Notes: generated from the letters alone by a model not told the origin. 64,000 nucleotides of DNA from an uncultured Candidatus Saccharibacteria bacterium (GCA_964446735.1 CAYUQB010000002.1:18516-82515), one strand, 5' to 3'; shown: positions 18,269 to 28,396, counted from the first letter of the stretch. Numbers and translations are program-made.

Positions 18269-20416
18269 ATGAACACCGCCATGTTTACCCAGGCAGCCCG
18301 TTGGACTGCTCTTGCCGCTCTTTTTGTCATTCCGTTTATCCCACTGTATGTGGCAAATGACCTGTTTTTCCCCTTCATTACCGGGAAGGGATTCGCGTTT
18401 CGTATTCTCGTTGAACTAGCAGTTGCGGGGTATGTCATTCTTGCGTTGGTGAATCGGGCGTATCGTCCGAAGTTTTCCTGGATTTTCGTCGCTTATGGTG
18501 CCTTCATTGCATGGATGCTCGTTGCCGCTCTTGCGGGGACGAATCCCCACAAAGCCCTCTGGAGCAATTTCGAACGCATGGAAGGGTGGGTCATGCTCGC
18601 TCATGTATTTCTCTTTTTCCTAGTTTCGGGAGCAGTTCTCACTACGGATAAGCTCTGGCGTACCTGGTGGTTGACGTTCATTTCAGCTTCAGCCCTTGTT
18701 GCAGGGTATTGTGTGATTCAGTTGCTTGGTGGTGCACCTATTCATCAAGGTGGTGTACGCGTGGACGGGACCTTTGGAAACGCGGCGTACCTTGCTTCCT
18801 ATCTTCTTTTTGCAATCGCTATCTCACTCTGGCAGGCACTTGCCTCAAAGGGATGGCTTCGCTATGTCCTCTTCGCGCTCGCGTTCGTGCAAGTAGTTAT
18901 TGTCTTCTTCACCGCTACTCGCGGCGCTATCTTGGCATTGGTAGGAGCTGCACTCGTTGGCTCTTTGCTCTGGGCGTTTGAATCGGGAAAGAAAAGTCGG
19001 AAGATCGCACTGGCGGTAGTGGTGGGTATCGTGGTGATCGCAGGTACGTTCTTCCTTGCGAAGAGCACGCCATTCATTGCGAATGATCCTACGCTCTCTC
19101 GCATTGCTTCTATCGGACCTAAGGATCTTACGGTGCGCTTCACGCTCTGGAGCATGGCAGGGGAGGGAATTATGGAGCGACCCATTACGGGATGGGGCCA
19201 GGAAGGTTTCAATTACATCTTCAATGAGCACTACCGACCCTCGCTCTTTGCACAGGAGCCATGGTTCGACCGAGCGCACAATGTGTTTATCGATTGGCTT
19301 GTTGCCGGTGGTATTCCAGGATTCCTCCTGTTTCTTGCCACGTTCATGATGGCGATTTACGCACTGTATCGGGGAAATGCTCCCCGTGAAGAACGAGTGC
19401 TTCTACTTGCAGCGCTCGCCGCGTACGGCATTCAGGCGATGGTCGTATTCGATCATATCTTCACCTATGTACCGCTAGCGGCCATCCTCGCAACTGCGCA
19501 TGCCGCTTCTGCTCGACCGTGGAAGCGTGTCGAAGAAGCACCAACCATCAGTGAGTCGAATATCCAGATCGTGGCGCCGATCGTGCTCGCCGGAGTACTC
19601 GTGATTATGTGGTTCATCAACGTACCAAACATCGTTGCCGCGTCTTCCCTTGTTCGCGCAATTGGAATCTCCGGAAGCGACATCACGCAGAATGTTCTTC
19701 TCTTCCAAAAGGCTCTGAACCAAGGAAGCTTCGGCCAACAGGAAGTGCGGGAACAGCTCCTCATGTTTACGAATAACATTGCATTCGCGCAGGGTCACCC
19801 GTCACCTGCACTGACACAACTCCAAACCTACGCACTTGCTGAAATGGGTAAGGAGGTCGAATCGCAACCGAAGGATGCACGCTTGCGTCTTCAGTATGCG
19901 CTTGGATACCGTGTCGCGAGCGACTATCCCAATGCACTCAAGCAGATTGAGATAGCGCACGAGCTTTCCCCGAAGAAACAATCCATCTTGATTGAGCTCG
20001 GCTTCAATCACTGGCAGATGGGGCAGTACGAAAAGGCGCGCGACGCATTCCGGCAAGCATATGAGCTCGATCCTTCTTTCGACCAGCTGGCTCCGTATCG
20101 AGGAGCAGGTGATATCATTGCGGGCGATTTGGCAGGAGGAAAGGCGTTTCTTTCGGAGCGGCTTGGTACAACCACAAGCGTGAACGAAGCACTCATCCTT
20201 GCGTACTACCAGGCACGTGCATTCCCAGACCTGATCCGTTGCCTTGAAGAGCAGCTCCGCGCTCAGAATGGTGCAATGGATGCATATTTCAGGCTTGCGG
20301 CGGCGTACACCGCTGCGGGGAATCCAGTTCGTGCTCGTGCCATAGTCCAGGAGGGTCTCGCTAAGCATCCTGAAGCCGCTGCACAGGCTGCCGAGTTTCT
20401 CTCCCACGTGAAGTAA
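18269..20416 (+). CDS. O-antigen ligase / O-oligosaccharyltransferase-like membrane protein with C-terminal TPRs
   Basis: Multi-TM, GTFGNAAY, TRGA, PITGWG, DRAHN (Wzy_C), followed by TPR-like helices. Confidence 0.85.
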   Translation: MNTAMFTQAARWTALAALFVIPFIPLYVANDLFFPFITGKGFAFRILVELAVAGYVILALVNRAYRPKFSWIFVAYGAFIAWMLVAALAGTNPHKALWSNFERMEGWVMLAHVFLFFLVSGAVLTTDKLWRTWWLTFISASALVAGYCVIQLLGGAPIHQGGVRVDGTFGNAAYLASYLLFAIAISLWQALASKGWLRYVLFALAFVQVVIVFFTATRGAILALVGAALVGSLLWAFESGKKSRKIALAVVVGIVVIAGTFFLAKSTPFIANDPTLSRIASIGPKDLTVRFTLWSMAGEGIMERPITGWGQEGFNYIFNEHYRPSLFAQEPWFDRAHNVFIDWLVAGGIPGFLLFLATFMMAIYALYRGNAPREERVLLLAALAAYGIQAMVVFDHIFTYVPLAAILATAHAASARPWKRVEEAPTISESNIQIVAPIVLAGVLVIMWFINVPNIVAASSLVRAIGISGSDITQNVLLFQKALNQGSFGQQEVREQLLMFTNNIAFAQGHPSPALTQLQTYALAEMGKEVESQPKDARLRLQYALGYRVASDYPNALKQIEIAHELSPKKQSILIELGFNHWQMGQYEKARDAFRQAYELDPSFDQLAPYRGAGDIIAGDLAGGKAFLSERLGTTTSVNEALILAYYQARAFPDLIRCLEEQLRAQNGAMDAYFRLAAAYTAAGNPVRARAIVQEGLAKHPEAAAQAAEFLSHVK

Positions 20417-21466
20417 ATGACGGTGCGGCAGGAGGTACCCCTTGCCCAACTAACTACCTTTAAGGTAGGTGGCCCCGCTCGGTTCGTGTGTGCAATCGAG
20501 TCGGAGACTGACCTCATATCCGCGCTCACGTTCGTCCGGGAGCAGAATCTACCTTTTGTAATCCTGGGTGAAGGAAGCAATATTCTCCCTCCTGATGAGG
20601 GGTATTCAGGCGTAATTCTTCTGATGCGGATTCCTGGCATAACGTTCGAGGATCAGGGCGAGTATGTCCGTGTTGCGGCTGGAGCCGGAGTTGTCTGGGA
20701 TGATCTGGTGTCTGCATGTGCTGACCGAGGTCTCTGGGGAATTGAGAACCTTGCCGGTATTCCAGGAACTGTCGGAGCTGCACCGGTACAAAATATTGGA
20801 GCATACGGTGCCGAAGTGAAGAACGTTATTGAAAAAGTCATCGCGTACGACGTACGCGAGAATCAGTACCGCACACTGCAAAATGCCGAGTGCGGATTTT
20901 CATACCGAGACAGTCGCTTCAAGCATGAACCACAGCTCATTATCGTGACTGTGACATTCCTCCTTGCTAAGACAGGAGTGCCGCAGGTCGAGTACAAAGA
21001 TCTGATTGCAGTGCGTGAGACGGGGGGGGATCTTTCTGCGCCTGGAGCCATTGGCTCAGCGGTACGGGAGATACGGGCACGGAAATTCCCAGATCTTAGA
21101 GAGTTCGGAACCGCAGGATCCTTTTTCAAGAATCCCATTCTCACTCAAGAGAAATACGATCAGCTTTCTGCTACCTATGCCGATATCGCAGGGCCCTTAG
21201 GCGGCATTCCACGGTATCCCATGCCTGGTGCAATCAAAATACCGCTCGCCTTTATTTTGGATAAGGTGCTTGGAATGCGTGGTCATCGTCGTGGCCCGAC
21301 ATTTCTTTTTGGTAATCAACCGCTGGTACTCGTTGCTGATCAAGAAGCAACCGCACGTGATATCGATGCACTTGCACGCGAAATTGAAATGCGAGTACAT
21401 GATGCAACGGGCATCACCATTGAACGTGAAGTGCGTAATCTTACATCACACGAGAGCACTGCGTAA
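20417..21466 (+). CDS. murB: UDP-N-acetylmuramate dehydrogenase
   Basis: TTFKVGGPA, GEGSN, IPGTVGAAPVQNIGAYG, FSYRDS, GSFFKNP. Confidence 0.95.
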   Translation: MTVRQEVPLAQLTTFKVGGPARFVCAIESETDLISALTFVREQNLPFVILGEGSNILPPDEGYSGVILLMRIPGITFEDQGEYVRVAAGAGVVWDDLVSACADRGLWGIENLAGIPGTVGAAPVQNIGAYGAEVKNVIEKVIAYDVRENQYRTLQNAECGFSYRDSRFKHEPQLIIVTVTFLLAKTGVPQVEYKDLIAVRETGGDLSAPGAIGSAVREIRARKFPDLREFGTAGSFFKNPILTQEKYDQLSATYADIAGPLGGIPRYPMPGAIKIPLAFILDKVLGMRGHRRGPTFLFGNQPLVLVADQEATARDIDALAREIEMRVHDATGITIEREVRNLTSHESTA

Positions 21467-21493
21467 AATTCTTTGAAAGAATTTCTTTGTACG

Positions 21494-21502
21494 TTATCCA
21501 CA
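21494..21502 (+). promoter_or_regulatory. DnaA box consensus TTATCCACA in AT-rich intergenic region
   Basis: Exact 9-mer match. Confidence 0.45.
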
Positions 21503-21636
21503 CATTAAAAAAAATTCACACAAAAATAATTTTCGCGCGCAATAATATCCATAGAACACATTCGCGCGAAAAATTCTTTGCAGAAAATTTCGTACGAGTG
21601 GGTCGACAATATCAGTCATAGCACTACACTAAATCT

Positions 21637-21750
21637 ATGGCAGCAAAGAAGAAGGCCGCTAAGAAGTCGACAAAGCGCAAGACCGCAAAGAAGACGACGA
21701 AGAAGGCCGCAAAGAAGACCACCAAGCGCAAGACCGCAAAGCGCAAGTAA
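21637..21750 (+). CDS. 37-aa Lys/Ala/Thr-rich histone H1-like basic protein (below ORF-track cutoff)
   Basis: MAAKKKAAKKSTKRKTAKKTTKKAAKKTTKRKTAKRK*; TACACT box 6 nt before ATG and a hairpin terminator after the stop. Confidence 0.85.
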   Translation: MAAKKKAAKKSTKRKTAKKTTKKAAKKTTKRKTAKRK

Positions 21751-21761
21751 TCTTCAAAACG

Positions 21762-21792
21762 CGCAAAGCCTCCCCTCCGGGAGGCTTTTGCG
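21762..21792 (+). terminator. Intrinsic terminator after histone-like gene
   Basis: CGCAAAGCCTCCC-ctcc-GGGAGGCTTTTGCG hairpin. Confidence 0.75.
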
Positions 21793-21807
21793 TTATAGTG
21801 CCTATCT

Positions 21808-24333
21808 ATGGCCGGCCTACTCGGCAACCTATTTTCAAAGAACCAATCCGCAGCCTTTTTACGGGGTGCGGCTCCTGTCGTGTCTCGAGCGGGGGCACTC
21901 TCGGATGAGCTGGAGGCGCTTTCGGAGACCGAGCTGCGCGCACGACTCGATAGGGTTCGGGAGCGCACGGGTGGGCGCCCAAAGGCAGATGATGATATTG
22001 CAGAGGTGTTCGCAATTGTCCGCGAAGCTGCTCGGCGAACGCTCGGCGAACGGCATTACGATGTTCAGCTTATTGGCGGACTTGCGCTTGCAAAAGGAAG
22101 GATCGCCGAGATGCGCACCGGAGAAGGAAAGACCTTGGTTGCTACCTTGGCCGTTACCTTGCGGGCGCTTGCCCGGGAGGGAGTGCACGTGGTTACGGTG
22201 AACGACTATCTTGCACGACGCGACGGCGCATGGATGGGACAGGTGTACGGATATCTCGGGCTTTCACTGGGTGTCGTCACTTCGAGTGGTTCCTATATAT
22301 ACGATCCATCACATGTTCCGTCTGAAGAAGACAGCGCACGTGACGAGACGGGAAGTTTCAAGGTCTTCTATGATTACCTTCGTCCGGCATCAAAGCATGA
22401 AGCGTATGCCGCTGATATTACCTATGCGACGAATAACGAGCTTGGGTTCGACTACCTACGCGATAACACCGCGTATGATCCTTCTCAGATCGTTCAGCGT
22501 GGCCATCACTACGCTATTGTGGACGAGATCGACTCAATATTGATCGACGAGGCACGTACGCCACTTATCATTTCAGGACCTGCCGAGGATGCGGAGCAGC
22601 TCTACGAGCGGTTTGCGGGAATAGCCGCAACGCTTTCAGTTGGCGAGGACTACACTGTAGATGAAAAACAGAAGGCGGTGCAGCTTTCACCCATCGGTAT
22701 TGAAAAGGCAGAGCAGGCGCTTGGTATCGAGAATCTATATACCGAAGGTGGAATGAAGTACGCGCACCACCTCGAAACGGCGGTACGCGCCCAGGCGCTT
22801 TTCCATAAAGACAAAGAATACGTGGTGCGGGATGGTGAGATTTTGATTGTTGATGAATTCACGGGACGACTCCAGCCTGGGCGGCGCTGGAGCGAAGGAC
22901 TCCATCAAGCCATTGAGGCGAAAGAGGGAGTGCCGATTCAGAAGGAGACCCGCACGTACGCTTCAGTGACCTTCCAGAACTATTTCCGTATGTATGAAGG
23001 CCTCGCTGGTATGACGGGTACAGGTGTTTCTTCGGAAGAGGAATTCTATACCGTGTATGGTCTCGATGTGGTTGTGGTACCGACGAATCGCCCGGTGATG
23101 CGTATCGATCATGACGATCTCATTTTCCAGACCATTGGAGGTAAATATGCCGCACTCACTCGTGCCGTAGCAGCGCTCCATGAGAAAGGTCAACCAGTAC
23201 TGGTTGGCACTGTCTCCATTGAAGATAACGATGTCGTGTCCGAACATTTCCGAGCGGCAGGCATCCCGCATGAAGTATTGAACGCAAAGAATCATGAACG
23301 CGAGGGCGAGATCATTGCACAGGCGGGACGCGTTGGACGGGTGACTGTGGCCACCAACCTTGCTGGTCGTGGCGTCGACATTAAACTCGGTGGGGCACCG
23401 GTCGTAGCAGAGGAATATGAAAAGGTTAAGGCACGCGGCGGCCTTGCGGTTATCGGTACTGAGCGACACGAAGCGCGGCGCATTGATAACCAGCTACGCG
23501 GACGCTCTGGCCGACAAGGAGATCCCGGCGAGACCCAATTCTACGTCTCTTTGGAAGACAAGCTCATGCGTGTGTTCGCCAGCGACCTCATCAAGAACGT
23601 CATGGGCTCTTTCAAGATTCCTGAGGATGAGCCGATTGCAAGCGGACTCATCACGAGATCATTGGAAACCGCCCAAAAGCGCATCGAGGGATTCAATTTT
23701 GATTCTCGCAAACAAGTGCTTGCGTATGACGACGTACTCAATACCCAGCGTCTTGCAGTCTATCGCGACCGACGTACCGCACTTCTTGGTTCAGAAGAAG
23801 AGCTCACGGCTCGGGTTGAAGAGATGGTGGCTGGAGATCCTGAAGCCGAACAAGCACTGCGCGACAAACGTGATGCGTTCGGCCCAGAACAATTCGCACA
23901 AATCCTGCGCCGACTGCTCCTCCAAGTCACTGATACGTTCTGGCTTGAACACCTGGAGACGATGGAATATCTGCGACGCTCGGTATCACTTCGTGCATAT
24001 GGTCAACGTGATCCATTGATTGAATACCGTCGCGAAGGCCTCGCTCGATTCAATGGCATGCAAGAGGGTATTGCTGCAGCAGTCCGTGAGGCGTTGCCAC
24101 GCATTGTACCTGCAGACGATGCGCGCATCCGCGCGGAAGAAGAGCGAGTACGTCGCCAGCTGCTTGCGGCAACCGAGGGTGAGACCAGTTCGATACAGGC
24201 ACCTATCAAGAAAGAAGGGAAGGTGTACGGACGTAATGATGAGGTCACGATCCGGAAAGGCGAAGAGACTCAGACGCTCAAGTATAAAAAGGCTGAACCC
24301 TTGCTCGCGCAAGGCTGGTCCCTCATCGATTAG
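21808..24333 (+). CDS. secA: Preprotein translocase ATPase SecA
   Basis: MRTGEGKT, VTVNDYLARRD, IVDEIDSILIDEARTPLIISG, RIDNQLRGRSGRQGDPG. Confidence 0.98.
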   Translation: MAGLLGNLFSKNQSAAFLRGAAPVVSRAGALSDELEALSETELRARLDRVRERTGGRPKADDDIAEVFAIVREAARRTLGERHYDVQLIGGLALAKGRIAEMRTGEGKTLVATLAVTLRALAREGVHVVTVNDYLARRDGAWMGQVYGYLGLSLGVVTSSGSYIYDPSHVPSEEDSARDETGSFKVFYDYLRPASKHEAYAADITYATNNELGFDYLRDNTAYDPSQIVQRGHHYAIVDEIDSILIDEARTPLIISGPAEDAEQLYERFAGIAATLSVGEDYTVDEKQKAVQLSPIGIEKAEQALGIENLYTEGGMKYAHHLETAVRAQALFHKDKEYVVRDGEILIVDEFTGRLQPGRRWSEGLHQAIEAKEGVPIQKETRTYASVTFQNYFRMYEGLAGMTGTGVSSEEEFYTVYGLDVVVVPTNRPVMRIDHDDLIFQTIGGKYAALTRAVAALHEKGQPVLVGTVSIEDNDVVSEHFRAAGIPHEVLNAKNHEREGEIIAQAGRVGRVTVATNLAGRGVDIKLGGAPVVAEEYEKVKARGGLAVIGTERHEARRIDNQLRGRSGRQGDPGETQFYVSLEDKLMRVFASDLIKNVMGSFKIPEDEPIASGLITRSLETAQKRIEGFNFDSRKQVLAYDDVLNTQRLAVYRDRRTALLGSEEELTARVEEMVAGDPEAEQALRDKRDAFGPEQFAQILRRLLLQVTDTFWLEHLETMEYLRRSVSLRAYGQRDPLIEYRREGLARFNGMQEGIAAAVREALPRIVPADDARIRAEEERVRRQLLAATEGETSSIQAPIKKEGKVYGRNDEVTIRKGEETQTLKYKKAEPLLAQGWSLID

Positions 24334-24367
24334 ATCAAATCGTCTTTGATCTGATATCTTCATCTAT

Positions 24368-25345
24368 ATGGCTCTTGTCGACCACATCACACTACATGCA
24401 CAAGCCGGTCGCGGCGGCGATGGTGTAGTGCGGTGGCTCCATATAAAAGGAAAGGAAAAAGGTGGACCAGCAGGTGGTGATGGAGGTCGCGGTGGTGATG
24501 CAGTACTCGAAGGCGTACGAGATCTTGCGGCGCTTGCTCAGTATCGCTTTTCCAAAAAGTTTCGTGCAGAGAAAGGTGAGAACGGAGGGAGTAACAACAA
24601 GCATGGTGCTGATGGTGCAGACGTGGTTCTCAGGGTTCCTGTCGGTACGGTTGCGCGTAACGTAAGCACCGGGGAGATCATCGAGATTCTTGAGGAAGGG
24701 CAGCGAGAAGTTGTCTTCCGAGGGGGAGCGGGTGGGTTCGGTAATGCTCACTTCAAAAGCTCTGTTAACCAGAATCCATTCGAGTCGCGCGAGGGAAAAC
24801 CGGGGCAGGGTGGGGATATCGAAATCAGCCTCAAGCTCATCGCCGACGTCGGTCTCGTGGGCTTTCCGAATGCTGGGAAGTCTTCGCTATTGAACGAACT
24901 TACGAATGCCCGATCGAAGGTCGCGAACTATGCCTTCACCACGCTCGATCCGCACCTCGGGGACTTTTATGGATACATCATTGCGGATATACCTGGTCTT
25001 ATTGAGGGAGCCTCGTCTGGCAAAGGACTTGGTTCTCGGTTCCTCAAGCACATAGAAAGGACCAAATTTATTGTGCATCTCGTCTCGGCTGAACAAGAAG
25101 ACCCCGCTTCGGCATATAGGGCAATACGGAACGAACTACATTCCTTTGGGCGAGGGCTTTCCGATAAGTCCGAGCTCGTGGTGCTTTCAAAAGTGGACCT
25201 GCTTTCGGTGGGGGAGAGGGAAAAGGCACTCTCAGCCCTTGCCGAGGCCTCTGGGCAGGAAGTCATACCGCTCTCCATCATCGACAGTGAGCTCGTGAAG
25301 AGCTTCTCAGACCGGCTGGCCAAAACCTTGTCTACCCCGAAATAG
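24368..25345 (+). CDS. obgE: GTPase Obg/CgtA (no C-terminal extension)
   Basis: Gly-rich Obg fold GGDGGRGG, GFPNAGKSS, YAFTTL, DIPGLIEGA. Confidence 0.96.
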   Translation: MALVDHITLHAQAGRGGDGVVRWLHIKGKEKGGPAGGDGGRGGDAVLEGVRDLAALAQYRFSKKFRAEKGENGGSNNKHGADGADVVLRVPVGTVARNVSTGEIIEILEEGQREVVFRGGAGGFGNAHFKSSVNQNPFESREGKPGQGGDIEISLKLIADVGLVGFPNAGKSSLLNELTNARSKVANYAFTTLDPHLGDFYGYIIADIPGLIEGASSGKGLGSRFLKHIERTKFIVHLVSAEQEDPASAYRAIRNELHSFGRGLSDKSELVVLSKVDLLSVGEREKALSALAEASGQEVIPLSIIDSELVKSFSDRLAKTLSTPK

Positions 25346-25377
25346 CCGCTTGCGTCCCTCCCCCTCGGGAGTGCAAG

Positions 25378-26787
25378 ATGGGGTCAATGAATGCAGTGTC
25401 TAAGTACGTCCCCACTATTGGTCTTGAGGTCCACGCCGAACTCGCAACGGCAACCAAGATGTTTTGTGACTCGGCCAATAACTCCGAGGAGACTCGTCCG
25501 AACGTAAACATCTGCCCAGTCTGTCTTGCGCATCCTGGGACACTCCCAACCATCAACCGTCGAGCGGTCGAACATGTCCTTCGAGTCGGAACGGCACTTG
25601 GGGCATCCATCGCTGATTACACAGAATTCGATCGCAAGAGTTATTTCTATCCGGATATTCCGAAGGGGTACCAGATCAGTCAGTACGAACATCCGCTCGT
25701 TTCAGGAGGAAGTCTTTGTAATGTCGCTATCACTCGAGTGCATCTTGAAGAAGACACCGCACGTTCCTCACATGCAGGTGGTACATCGCTCGTTGATTTC
25801 AATCGAGCAGGTGTTCCTCTCATGGAATTGGTCACAGAGCCAGTTATTCATGATGCAAAGACTGCAGGTGGTTTCGCTCGAGAGCTGCAACTGCTCCTGC
25901 GTACTCTCGGTGCATCTCATGCCAACCTCGAAAAAGGGGAGATGCGTATCGAAGCGAATGTGTCAGTTTCGAGTACGAGCGAATTTGGTACCAAGGTAGA
26001 AGTGAAGAATTTAAATTCGTTTCGTTCTGTTGAGCGTGCCATCGAATACGAGATCTCTCGACAGATCGAAGTTATCGAACAGGGGGGTGTGGTGTTGCAA
26101 GAAACACGAGGCTGGAATGAGGACACGCAGACTACCTTCAGTCAGCGGGTAAAGGAAGGTAGCGCTGACTACCGGTACTTTCCGGAACCCGATCTCCCAA
26201 AACTCATTTTGTCCGATCTGTCGGAATGGAATACGACATCGCTCGCGGCATCGATGCCTGAACTTCCTTGGGAACGTCGTGCTCGATATGAGGGTCTTGG
26301 TCTCACAAGTGACACGGCACAGACACTTGCGAGCGATGTCCTGCGTGCCGCATATTTCGATGCACTCCTCGCTCATATCGACACGGCACAAGCAAAAATC
26401 GCCGCTAATTATTTAGTTAATGATGTTGGCGAATCCGAACCTCCTTCGGTAGCGTCATTCGTGGAGCTAGTTCGCATGATTGCGACCGGAAAACTATCTT
26501 CGCGTGGTGCTAAGGATGTGCTCGTGGTGCTTCTCAAGGAGCCTGATGCTTCGGCTGATGCAATCGCACAGCGCGAGGGGTTGATACAGGAAAGTGATCC
26601 GGAAGCACTCCGAGAGGTCGTGAGGAACGTTCTTGCGGAGCATAAGGATGTTGCGGAGGAGTACCGGAGTGGCAAGGACAGTGTCCTGCAGTTTTTGATT
26701 GGTCAGGGAATGAAAGCGAGCAAGGGAGCAGGGAATCCCGCACTTATTCGCGAGCTCCTGATCGAGGAGCTTGGAGAGGAAGGCTAA
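25378..26787 (+). CDS. gatB: Asp/Glu-tRNA amidotransferase subunit B
   Basis: IGLEVH, YFYPDIPKGYQISQ, DFNRAGVPLMELVTEP, DYRYFPEPDLP; start may be ATG 25387. Confidence 0.97.
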   Translation: MGSMNAVSKYVPTIGLEVHAELATATKMFCDSANNSEETRPNVNICPVCLAHPGTLPTINRRAVEHVLRVGTALGASIADYTEFDRKSYFYPDIPKGYQISQYEHPLVSGGSLCNVAITRVHLEEDTARSSHAGGTSLVDFNRAGVPLMELVTEPVIHDAKTAGGFARELQLLLRTLGASHANLEKGEMRIEANVSVSSTSEFGTKVEVKNLNSFRSVERAIEYEISRQIEVIEQGGVVLQETRGWNEDTQTTFSQRVKEGSADYRYFPEPDLPKLILSDLSEWNTTSLAASMPELPWERRARYEGLGLTSDTAQTLASDVLRAAYFDALLAHIDTAQAKIAANYLVNDVGESEPPSVASFVELVRMIATGKLSSRGAKDVLVVLLKEPDASADAIAQREGLIQESDPEALREVVRNVLAEHKDVAEEYRSGKDSVLQFLIGQGMKASKGAGNPALIRELLIEELGEEG

Positions 26788-26851
26788 CAGATTTTTTTGT
26801 CCCCATATGAACATCTATCCGAACCGAGACAAGATAGCTTACACTTAGGCC

Positions 26852-27658
26852 ATGGATGAACTTATTCTCGATGACAAGAAATATCTCTCGTCAAAGCGCG
26901 CCGCCCAAGTCACTGGCTACGCGAAGGATTATGTAGGGCAACTCTGCCGCGAGGGCCGCATCACTGCCCGCCTTGTAGGGCGAAATTGGTACGTTCTTGA
27001 GGACTCACTTCTAGAACATCGATTTGGTGCAGAAGAAGCAGAAGAGAAAACGCAAAAACCTCCAGAAAAAAAGGTCCAGGAAACCTGGGGAGCTCCACGA
27101 TATACAGCAGAAGCGCCAATCTTAGTCCCAGAAATCCCCATAAAACAGGTACAGGAACCCGTTCAGGACGTCGCAGAGTCCTCAAAGGTGCTCGTAGACA
27201 TGCAATCTGCCTGGCAAGAATGGTTTGATCAGCAGGGAAATGAGGAGAAGCTCCTTCCTGATGCGAGCCCGATGCTTCTGGAGGCCTCTGAAGAACCTGT
27301 TTCTTTGCCTGCACCGGAAGCTGAGGAGGAGGTTCCGGTACATATTGACCGTCACAGGGAGCCTCTACAGACCTCAGAGACTGTTGTTGAGCAGCAGCGG
27401 TATATTCCCGCAACGATAACGAAAAGCTACGTACAGCCAAAAATAAGACATACAGGGGATAGCTACGGGCGGGGAGGCACAATGCGAGAGAAGAGAGGGG
27501 GTGTTACGCCGCTTATCCGGGTAGCACTACTTACGATTAGCGGGTTGGCCGTTACGATAACGGTCATAGGAAGTGGTTTGAGTGACGTATATCTTCGGGA
27601 CATCGCAAGCTTGCCAATAACGAGCTTTTTTGCAGGCGTAAAAGACATTGAAAAATAA
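26852..27658 (+). CDS. Excisionase/MerR-like HTH protein with acidic linker and C-terminal TM helix
   Basis: YLSSKRAAQVTGYAKDYVGQLCREGRITARLVGRNWYV; hydrophobic VALLTISGLAVTITVIG. Confidence 0.75.
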   Translation: MDELILDDKKYLSSKRAAQVTGYAKDYVGQLCREGRITARLVGRNWYVLEDSLLEHRFGAEEAEEKTQKPPEKKVQETWGAPRYTAEAPILVPEIPIKQVQEPVQDVAESSKVLVDMQSAWQEWFDQQGNEEKLLPDASPMLLEASEEPVSLPAPEAEEEVPVHIDRHREPLQTSETVVEQQRYIPATITKSYVQPKIRHTGDSYGRGGTMREKRGGVTPLIRVALLTISGLAVTITVIGSGLSDVYLRDIASLPITSFFAGVKDIEK

Positions 27659-27659
27659 A

Positions 27660-27688
27660 CTGAACTCGTCTCGTTCAGACGAGTTCAG
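27660..27688. terminator. Hairpin after HTH-TM gene (probable terminator)
   Basis: CTGAACTCGTCT-cgttc-AGACGAGTTCAG perfect 12-bp stem. Confidence 0.65.
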
Positions 27689-28327
27689 CATTTATGATAG
27701 ATATCATTCTGAATCATCTTGAACACCAGAGTGAAGTAGAGAATCTACGGATCTAAGGATTTAAATCGTGAATCTAGTGCCAAAGTAGGCTGATTTAGCG
27801 TATCTCGTCAGTAATCGCTCAGAGTTGCGCTTTTCTTACATGTGGCAAATATCTCTCTCCATGGCGCAAAAGTGCATCGAGGGATGTTAAGTCTGGCGGG
27901 AGCAGGCTTAGGATGCATCGGAATGATCGAACAGAAACATAAAGCCATGGAAAATATTGTGCGCACTTATAACGAAGAAAATACAAAGCATTTATTAGTC
28001 TTTTCGGATGTTCGAATTGCCGAGTCTACGATTTAATCAAGGCGTGTAATCTCTTGGGTAGCTCCTCATTTGAGCAGAAGTGCTCGTAATTTCGCAAGAA
28101 ATCCTTTTAGAAAATATACAAAAGCGCAAATTAGGATCTCAAAGCTTCTCCAAATCAAATATGTGCATCATTTGCGTCAATCTTTCGAGTCTAGAGCGCA
28201 TTTCTAGCCCTGTTCAGGCATATATTCGCTGTGGAGTTGGTGATTGAAAGATTAATTTCCATAGCGATCGAAATCAGTCGCCTGATTGAACTTTCTACGA
28301 AAAATTTCTTGAGAAAACTTTCATTAT

Positions 28328-28336
28328 TTATCCACA
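28328..28336 (+). promoter_or_regulatory. DnaA box consensus upstream of giant gene
   Basis: Exact TTATCCACA. Confidence 0.4.
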
Positions 28337-28396
28337 AAGGAAAGCGCGTCAGTATCCGAAATAGGAGATAGAATTTACTTAATTCGGATATCCGAC

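Noticed and set aside
21578-22201. 207-aa Arg-rich ORF and the antisense 114-aa ORF
   Set aside because: Off-frame shadows of the histone-like gene and secA
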